A stretch of 31,736 nt of DNA. Origin: Candidatus Latescibacterota bacterium. GTDB lineage: Bacteria; Latescibacterota; UBA2968. The notes beneath the pieces were generated by a model, which worked only from the letters and a program-made list of their open reading frames with translations, did no database searches and was not told the DNA's origin. The stretch is from assembly GCA_038279365.1 (NCBI GenBank), contig JAYODI010000063.1, positions 3,447-35,182 of the forward strand, read 5' to 3'. Shown one piece after another: positions 25,593 to 31,736 of this stretch (the first letter of the stretch is position 1; each line of letters opens with the position of its first letter). A program made the position numbers and the translations under genes.

Positions 25593-26624
25593 TTATACTT
25601 CGTAGGCCGTCCATGCGCCAGTACAACCAAGACCACGACGTATGTGAAGGAGGCCTTTGTTGGGTTCGGCAATATAACCCGAGAGAGAGATCATGTTTTC
25701 GGCACCATGACGACAAATGGCGGCTGGATCTCCTTGATGATCGGCGAGGAGGGCTTTCATGGTGTCTACGGTGATGTGGCCCCAGTGTTCTTGAATGAGG
25801 GTGCGCATTCGGTCAAGGCGTGGGCACGAGTCTTTGAGGCTGTTGGTTTCGTGATGGGCAAATTGTGGGGTGAGGTAGTGGTTGGCGTGGAGGATGCTGT
25901 CGGGGTGGGTGTCGGTAAATTGGGCGATGCCATCTGGGCGGATTTCGATGTCGGCAATTTGGTTGTTGGGTAGACAAAAGATCATGTTGCCTGCCGAACA
26001 CGTGGGATTTTGTTTGATGATGTTGAGGCAGTCGTTGAGGTTGTTTTGTTCGAGCGCGACGCGTTTGATGGGGTAATGCGGAATGCCCATTTGCCACGGT
26101 GCGTCGTAGAGGGCGTTGGCAAAGTGGGCCAAGCCGTGTTGGTTCATGCCCGAATAACCGAGTTGACCGGCAAAGGTAAAGAGCAGGGCGCGGGGGCGGT
26201 GGTCGGAGGGGTGAACGTGTAGGAGAATGGCAACTTCTTCGTAGTCTGGCGCGAGATCTTGGTTTTGCCCAGCGAGGGTGATGCCGTTTTCGGTGGCAGA
26301 GCCTGTGAGCGCAAAAGCCGTACAACCTTCGGGTGGCACGTGGGCGGCTTCGCCACGGGCTTGGCACAAAAGGGCCTCGTCAAAGGAGATATGGGCACCT
26401 TTGGCGAGGCCTTTGATTTCTTGAATAAGGGGTGGGCTTAGTTTTTCGATGAGGGGTTGAAAGGCACGGGCGTTTTGACAGAGTTCTTTGCGCGATTTGC
26501 CTGTGAGCTTTTCGATAAAGTTTAGATATTTTTGGATGCGGTCGCCGGTTTGTTGACCGTGTTGGTAGCCCATTTCGTAAGAAGTACCAAATACTTGAAT
26601 GAGAGGAAATGTTTGGTCGGTCAT
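25593..26624 (-). CDS. Peptidase C45 (acyl-CoA:6-APA acyltransferase-like Ntn hydrolase)
   Basis: YEMGYQHG, EGCTA autoproteolysis site, GQNQD, GMNQHG, HANHY, AICRH. Confidence 0.9.
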   Translation of the reverse strand: MTDQTFPLIQVFGTSYEMGYQHGQQTGDRIQKYLNFIEKLTGKSRKELCQNARAFQPLIEKLSPPLIQEIKGLAKGAHISFDEALLCQARGEAAHVPPEGCTAFALTGSATENGITLAGQNQDLAPDYEEVAILLHVHPSDHRPRALLFTFAGQLGYSGMNQHGLAHFANALYDAPWQMGIPHYPIKRVALEQNNLNDCLNIIKQNPTCSAGNMIFCLPNNQIADIEIRPDGIAQFTDTHPDSILHANHYLTPQFAHHETNSLKDSCPRLDRMRTLIQEHWGHITVDTMKALLADHQGDPAAICRHGAENMISLSGYIAEPNKGLLHIRRGLGCTGAWTAYEV

Positions 26625-26648
26625 CCATTTGTCCTGTGTGTGTTTTGC

Positions 26649-28193
26649 TTATCCGTGTGAGAGTCCTTCGCGATCCATCCACATACGCATAATGGTAGGG
26701 GCATAACGCAAGAGAAGCAAGTACACATTGTCGGTTTTTCGCTCTCGGGCCACATGTTTTTTGCCAAAGGGTTTGAGGTTAAATTTGCCGGCATTTTGCA
26801 CAACGGCTCTTTTTTTGATGTCTACCTCAATGGTGAGCACGTGTTCTTGCACTTGGTTTTCTTCGGCGGCATCGAGATCTATGGCGCGCAGTGACCAGAT
26901 GGATTTTTCACCCGCAAGGCATCGTTTGGCATAAGAGCCTGCACAGTGATGCATGATGCGCCCTTCGGCATAAAGTTGTTGCGAGGTGATGAGTTCGTGA
27001 AGGGTCCATTGGATGTTGCGCTTGAGTTCGGGATTAAATTCGGTGTGTTCCATCTCTTTAAAGCCCGAGGGTTGCCACGTTTCAAAGGCCACATCTTCTA
27101 AGCCTGTGAGTTCTTGGTGCCAAACATCCACTTCGCGAATAAGCTTGTTGATGCTGCGGCCTTTCATGCAGAAGCTTGGATGAGGCGGTGGGCCTTCTCT
27201 TTCGGTACCATCGGGTTGTGGAAGAGATTGGGGTGTGAATTTTTGATTGCGAATGTAGTCGATAATGGGGTTGAGATAACTGCGATCAAGAAAGGCTTGG
27301 TTGGCCAAAAAGTGAACCACGGTTTCCCAAAATTCTTCGTTGTCGAGGCTTTTACCCAATGGCCCGTGTGTTAATTCCCAGGCGTTGTGTTTGTTGCCAC
27401 CAAAGGCTTCGTATTGTGCTCTGCGCAAAGATTGATAAATGGTGTGGTGATATCCTGTGTATTGCATGACTGTGTGGGCCATTCTTTTGGTGATGCGCAT
27501 GGGCACACCTGCTGTGCGTATGTTTTGACCACTGGCAATGTGTTTGAACCAACCTTGTTGTATGCGCGCTTCCTTTGCATCACTGTGAAAGAACGCACAG
27601 TCGAAAAATTGGGGCACGTCGTATTGTGCCAGTAAATGGCGTGCCAGTGTGCGAAATTGGTTGCGTGGTTTGTTGTGCTCGGGACGCCAACTTTCTATTG
27701 GGCGCAACCAGGCTTTGTAATGTGTTGTGAGTTGTTCAAGCCCGGCTAAATAGGTGTTGTTGAAACCATTGCCATATCCTTTGATGGCGTGTTGATGCCA
27801 CAAGAGATTGCTGTATTTTTCAATGTGAAGTATGAGGCGACCAAATGCTTGTTGGGCGTTGGGGTCATTGGCAAAGTTGTTGTAGATGGTGCGAATGCTG
27901 TGAAGTAAACTGCTGAGTCTTTCATTTTGCAATTCGCCCCGAAAGATGCGGGTAAGATATTCTGCGCGTTTGGGGTCGTGTTTTTTATGTGCTTCGGGGT
28001 CGCGTTTTTTGGTGTGGCTTTCGAGCAAATCTATTTCATTTTGGAGTTGGTCTGGCGATTTGTCCAATGATGTGTTGAAGCCGTGGCGGTAACACCACAA
28101 TTTGTAAGCGGAGATGGAACCGACACCGAGGGTTTTAAAGTGGTCTTCGAGGTTGGGAGTGAGATTGGGTTTGTTGAGGGAAAGGGTAGACAT
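26649..28193 (-). CDS. PcfJ domain-containing protein
   Basis: W.RP.E.W, LARHLLA.Y.VP, H...GQNIR, MKGRS..L...V..WH, EL.....L..EG..MHHCAGSY, SIWSL, LTIEV. Confidence 0.85.
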   Translation of the reverse strand: MSTLSLNKPNLTPNLEDHFKTLGVGSISAYKLWCYRHGFNTSLDKSPDQLQNEIDLLESHTKKRDPEAHKKHDPKRAEYLTRIFRGELQNERLSSLLHSIRTIYNNFANDPNAQQAFGRLILHIEKYSNLLWHQHAIKGYGNGFNNTYLAGLEQLTTHYKAWLRPIESWRPEHNKPRNQFRTLARHLLAQYDVPQFFDCAFFHSDAKEARIQQGWFKHIASGQNIRTAGVPMRITKRMAHTVMQYTGYHHTIYQSLRRAQYEAFGGNKHNAWELTHGPLGKSLDNEEFWETVVHFLANQAFLDRSYLNPIIDYIRNQKFTPQSLPQPDGTEREGPPPHPSFCMKGRSINKLIREVDVWHQELTGLEDVAFETWQPSGFKEMEHTEFNPELKRNIQWTLHELITSQQLYAEGRIMHHCAGSYAKRCLAGEKSIWSLRAIDLDAAEENQVQEHVLTIEVDIKKRAVVQNAGKFNLKPFGKKHVARERKTDNVYLLLLRYAPTIMRMWMDREGLSHG

Positions 28194-28326
28194 GGTATGT
28201 GATCCTTGTCATTTTTTTGAAAATGCTGGTATCTTTACTTTGTAATATAAGCCATTTATGCGGTTTGGATAGGTCTGTCGCATTTGCTACGGGCCTTAAT
28301 AGATCATGACGCAGTAGATAGGTAGG

Positions 28327-28407
28327 ATGTTTCAGGTTTGGCAAACTTGGCAACGCGAAATTGCCGAACGCTTGAATGTTTCGCAACAGGGGATTGGGTG
28401 GCTGTAA
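28327..28407 (+). pseudogene. Helix-turn-helix fragment (MFQVWQTWQREIAERLNVSQQGIGWL*)
   Basis: QREIAERLNVSQQGI is a typical HTH recognition motif in a 26-codon ORF. Confidence 0.5.
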
Positions 28408-28416
28408 ATAAAGTAA

Positions 28417-28460
28417 AATTAAAAAGCCCTTTATCTTAAGTGATGAAGGGCTTTTTAATT
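28417..28460. terminator. Bidirectional intrinsic terminator
   Basis: AATTAAAAAGCCCTT...AAGGGCTTTTTAATT. Confidence 0.75.
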
Positions 28461-28475
28461 TGTCATACCTGCTCA

Positions 28476-30503
28476 TTATTGAGCAACCAACTTACCTCCT
28501 GTAATGCGTGGTGTGCCTTCTAAGCCGATGGCGTTGATGGTGACTTTGCCATTGTCCCAGACGATGGTGCCGGTGCTGAGGGCGTCGATTTCGACTTTGC
28601 CGTTGGGCAGTGTGAGCGTTATGGGTGCGGGTTTGAGGCCGTGATAACCTGCGACCCAGCGTTTTGTTTTGGGGCTAACAAAGAGCCAACCTGTTTCTTT
28701 GCCACAGGTGAGGGTGGCGTTGTTGACTTGCACGGTTCCGGTGCGGTTTGATTTTGCGATGGGTGAATCGAGTAGCGGCCAGCCTGGGTCGCCATTTTCA
28801 TTCCAACGGCGTTTGAGTTTCCAGGCCATGAGATCGACTTCCAAACCCAGTTTAAAATCTTCGCGGGCATATTCAACCGTCCAGAGACGTTCGCCTTGGC
28901 CAGCGTACACATAAGGGGCTTCGGTTTTGTCGGTTACGTGACCTGTGGCGATTTTTTGAGCGAATGCTTGGGCGTTTTTAAAGTCAGATTTTTCTGCCAT
29001 TTCGGTATAGAACCCGCATTGGGTTTTGCCTTTGTAAAAAGCACCTGGCCATCCCATTTCCCAAAAGGCTTTTTCTGGGCCGAGGTAGTTGTAGAGTTCG
29101 AGAACGAGATCACCGGCTTGTTCATGTAAGCGAATGGGTGCGTCTCTGCCGATGTCGCTGAGGGTGAAGGGGCGAATGGCTTGGTAGATTTTGCCACTAC
29201 CGATGACGATGGTTTCGCCTTTGGGAATGTCGATGGGAAGGGATGTGATTTTTTTGTCGCCCACCCAAATTTCATCTATTTGATCACGGCCTGTCCAAAT
29301 GAGGGCGGCTTTGATGCTGGATACACGGCTGCCTCCATTGGGAACGTAGAGACCGATGGCGCGTGGGCCGTTTTGGATGCCGTAAAATTTGCCTTCGTCG
29401 CTGAGGTTGCGCGACGTGGAACGGTCTGTTTCATGATAAAAATCACCCAACCACTTGTCGTTTATGAGATAGCGGGTGTAAAATACACCGGGGCGTTTTT
29501 GACCGGGACGGTCATAGTGCGCAATGAGCACGTTGGATTGATCACCCATGCCTGTGACGGCTGTGCCCAAATCAAATGTGTTGCTGTGGTAGGCGGTGAG
29601 CCCATAGTTCATGGGGGGGTAAGCCGTTTCAATAACTTGGAATTTTTCTGGGCGTTGATCCACGGCATCTTGTATCCAGGCAGGTAGAACATCTTTTTGG
29701 ATCCAGCTTTCAAGCTGTTCAATTTCTGGGCTGGTTTCGGCAACGACGGTGGGGTGATAGGCACGGCTGTGTGGGCCTGCCCAACGCCCTGTTTTGGGGT
29801 GAATGTGTAAGGCCACGCTGAGGCCCATCCGGGTGGCCATGGTTTGTGCGCGTACTTTGGTATCAGGGTGTTGTAAATGTTTAATGAGGTGTTCCATGGC
29901 GTTGATGGCCACTTTGGTGTAGGTGGGGCTGTTGAATTCAAATGGCGTTCCAAATTGATCGGTGAAGGCCATCCATTCGACCATTTTTTTGTATCCACGC
30001 GCCGCAATTTTGGGGTCGTTTAAAAGCTCACCGCCCAAGCAGGTGTTGGTGATGTCTTTGGCGGCGATGTTGGTGTAGGCGACCAAGACATTGAGGCGTT
30101 CAATTTCTTCAAGGCCCAGACGAATGGATGCTTTGACGCGTTTTTGCATGTCGGGCGAGAGGCGGTCGCCATGTTCGATCATCATGGGAATGAGGGTGTT
30201 GAGCACAAATTCGACAGCGTTGAGGTCTTCAACCATTTCGTCTTCGCGGTACCACCAAAAGTTGCCGTAGTGTGGGTCCCCTTCTCGGGTTTCTTGGCAG
30301 GCAATGAGGGCGTTGAGCACGTTTTCGGCCACAGCAATGTCTTCGGGTGCACCGTTTGCAAGGAGCCTGCTGGCAAGGGTTGCGGCATCGCGTGTGGGAT
30401 GCATGCGCCCATTGTCTTTTTCTTGATAGACCATGTTTGTTTCTGGGTTAAAATTATTTGGCAGTGTCAGTGCCATCACGGCTGCAACAACGGTTGCCAT
30501 CAT
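28476..30503 (-). CDS. Conserved hypothetical protein (possible helical toroid plus beta-sandwich, heparinase II/III-like)
   Basis: 675-aa ORF, AAGGA SD; helical N-half with D.NAVEF, YTNI, EFNSPTY, WAGPHSRAY; beta-rich C-half. Confidence 0.65.
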   Translation of the reverse strand: MMATVVAAVMALTLPNNFNPETNMVYQEKDNGRMHPTRDAATLASRLLANGAPEDIAVAENVLNALIACQETREGDPHYGNFWWYREDEMVEDLNAVEFVLNTLIPMMIEHGDRLSPDMQKRVKASIRLGLEEIERLNVLVAYTNIAAKDITNTCLGGELLNDPKIAARGYKKMVEWMAFTDQFGTPFEFNSPTYTKVAINAMEHLIKHLQHPDTKVRAQTMATRMGLSVALHIHPKTGRWAGPHSRAYHPTVVAETSPEIEQLESWIQKDVLPAWIQDAVDQRPEKFQVIETAYPPMNYGLTAYHSNTFDLGTAVTGMGDQSNVLIAHYDRPGQKRPGVFYTRYLINDKWLGDFYHETDRSTSRNLSDEGKFYGIQNGPRAIGLYVPNGGSRVSSIKAALIWTGRDQIDEIWVGDKKITSLPIDIPKGETIVIGSGKIYQAIRPFTLSDIGRDAPIRLHEQAGDLVLELYNYLGPEKAFWEMGWPGAFYKGKTQCGFYTEMAEKSDFKNAQAFAQKIATGHVTDKTEAPYVYAGQGERLWTVEYAREDFKLGLEVDLMAWKLKRRWNENGDPGWPLLDSPIAKSNRTGTVQVNNATLTCGKETGWLFVSPKTKRWVAGYHGLKPAPITLTLPNGKVEIDALSTGTIVWDNGKVTINAIGLEGTPRITGGKLVAQ

Positions 30504-30517
30504 TGAGGTGTCCTTTT

Positions 30518-31450
30518 TTATTGACCTGTTATGGAATTGACGTTTCGGAAGATGTGTTTGAGCCGGTTGGTCATGTCATTGGGTAAGGGTGGTTGATCGA
30601 AGGCGGCGAGGTTTTCTTTGAGGTGTATGGGATTGCCTGTGCCAGAGAGGATAACGTGTGTGCCGGGTTCGTCTCGGCTAAAGCGATAGGCGGCTTCGGT
30701 GATGGAGGTGGCGTGTTGTAAGAGAAAATCTAAGGGGGCGTTGACATTATCGAGATCTTTGGGATCAAGTTGACCACTTTCGATGAGGCCTGCCACACAT
30801 TCGCGTAGGTAATCGGGTTGGCTAAAGGCTTTGCGCACGGCAAACATGACTTGGATGCCGATGTTGTTTTCGATGGCTTTTGTAAAGACGCTGTCGCGCG
30901 CGCTTTGATTGAGGATGTTGAAGCCGACCATGAGGACGTCCCAGAGGTTGTCGTTGACGGCTCTTTCGAGCATTTTGTGATCGGTGTCTTCGTTGAACAT
31001 TTCTGTGATGCCAATAAAGCGGATTTTGCCTTGTTCTTGAAAGCGTTTGAGAAGGGGGTAGATGTCTTGGGCAAGGTATGGGTAGTCTTCGGGAACCACG
31101 CCGTGGAGGCTGTAAATGTCGATGTAGTCCGTGCCGAGGGTTTGGAGGCTGTTGTGGAGGCTGTCGGTCACGGTTTGTTCGGTGACTTCTTTGTGACGGG
31201 TAGATTTTTTGGTGGAGATGATGATGGATGATCGGTCGCGGGTTTTGAGGGCGTTGCCGATCATGGGTTCGGTGCCATAGCCTTCGGCGGTGTCGATGAA
31301 GTTGACACCGGCATCAAAGGCTTGGTGAATGATGGCGATGGATTCGGCTTCTGTTTTGCCGGTGCGTTTGCCCAGTTGGCTGTGGCCGCCACCGCCTACG
31401 CCCATGACACTGACGGTGAGGTTGGTGCGCCCGAGGGTTGTGGTTTGCAT
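30518..31450 (-). CDS. Aldo/keto reductase
   Basis: LGRTNLTVS, GVNFIDTAEGYG, ISTK, SL..LGTDYIDIYSLH, GKIRFIG. Confidence 0.93.
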   Translation of the reverse strand: MQTTTLGRTNLTVSVMGVGGGGHSQLGKRTGKTEAESIAIIHQAFDAGVNFIDTAEGYGTEPMIGNALKTRDRSSIIISTKKSTRHKEVTEQTVTDSLHNSLQTLGTDYIDIYSLHGVVPEDYPYLAQDIYPLLKRFQEQGKIRFIGITEMFNEDTDHKMLERAVNDNLWDVLMVGFNILNQSARDSVFTKAIENNIGIQVMFAVRKAFSQPDYLRECVAGLIESGQLDPKDLDNVNAPLDFLLQHATSITEAAYRFSRDEPGTHVILSGTGNPIHLKENLAAFDQPPLPNDMTNRLKHIFRNVNSITGQ

Positions 31451-31524
31451 GGTTGATGGTCCTTTTGGAAAAATCGGATGTTGTTTGGTTTTTGTTAAGA
31501 TACGGCGATTATTTTTTGTGTCAA

Positions 31525-31590
31525 TTTACTCTTATCCCTTCGGGGACATACTTTTTTTCTACAGCCAAAAAAAGTATGCAAAAAAGGCCG
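31525..31590. repeat. Structured intergenic repeat, copy 2
   Basis: CCCTTCGGGG hairpin, then GACATACTTTTTTTCTACAGCCAAAAAAAGTATGCAA (33/37 identical to 19249-19285). Confidence 0.7.
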
Positions 31591-31736
31591 TCACTGCGTG
31601 AAGCTTTCATGTACTTCTGTGTTTTTACAAACGAAACCACCCTTACCTGCCCGTGCCGTTCCCACCCACCACCAGTGGGTGGGATTGAAGTTTGATTTTA
31701 CTCCCCTTCCTTATGAAAATTGTTTAATTAAATCGG

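Noticed and set aside
1..31736. CRISPR array, tRNA/rRNA, prophage or IS element
   Set aside because: No regularly spaced repeats, recognisable RNA genes, transposase, integrase or phage structural genes were seen.

Overview
Bacterial chromosomal window of about 45% GC. It carries about 28 intact genes and no rRNA, tRNA, CRISPR array, integrase or transposase that I can support. Most genes are accessory or catabolic enzymes: GDPD, GGT, PhyH-like dioxygenase, APH-like kinase, S9 and C45 peptidases, GH92, DHDPS-family lyase, two tandem uncharacterised Gfo/Idh/MocA-like paralogs, a serine hydrolase and an AKR. There is an oxidative-stress block (ahpD-ahpC-dps <> oxyR) with two matching OxyR-type boxes. 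There are two intact type II toxin-antitoxin pairs, plus an orphan HigA-type antitoxin whose toxin gene appears internally deleted. Also present are a PleD-like diguanylate cyclase, a PcfJ-domain protein and an orphan McrB-type GTPase with a YktB/DUF1054-like N-terminus and no McrC-type nuclease beside it. The intergenic DNA holds several structured repeats: a covarying 37-bp hairpin element in two copies, 7-mer-based inverted repeats, and GCGAAGC/TTCG mini-hairpin clusters. It also holds a near-perfect 36-bp palindrome with an alternating purine-pyrimidine core and several decayed gene stubs. The + strand is strongly G/T-skewed regardless of gene orientation. The gene repertoire resembles that of Latescibacterota/PVC-type environmental genomes (inference only). 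All family assignments come from motif recognition, not database searches. No single complete novel system can be proven from the sequence. The best candidates are the orphan McrB, the HxG PhyH enzyme, the tandem oxidoreductase-like paralogs with the divergent aldolase, and the structured intergenic elements.
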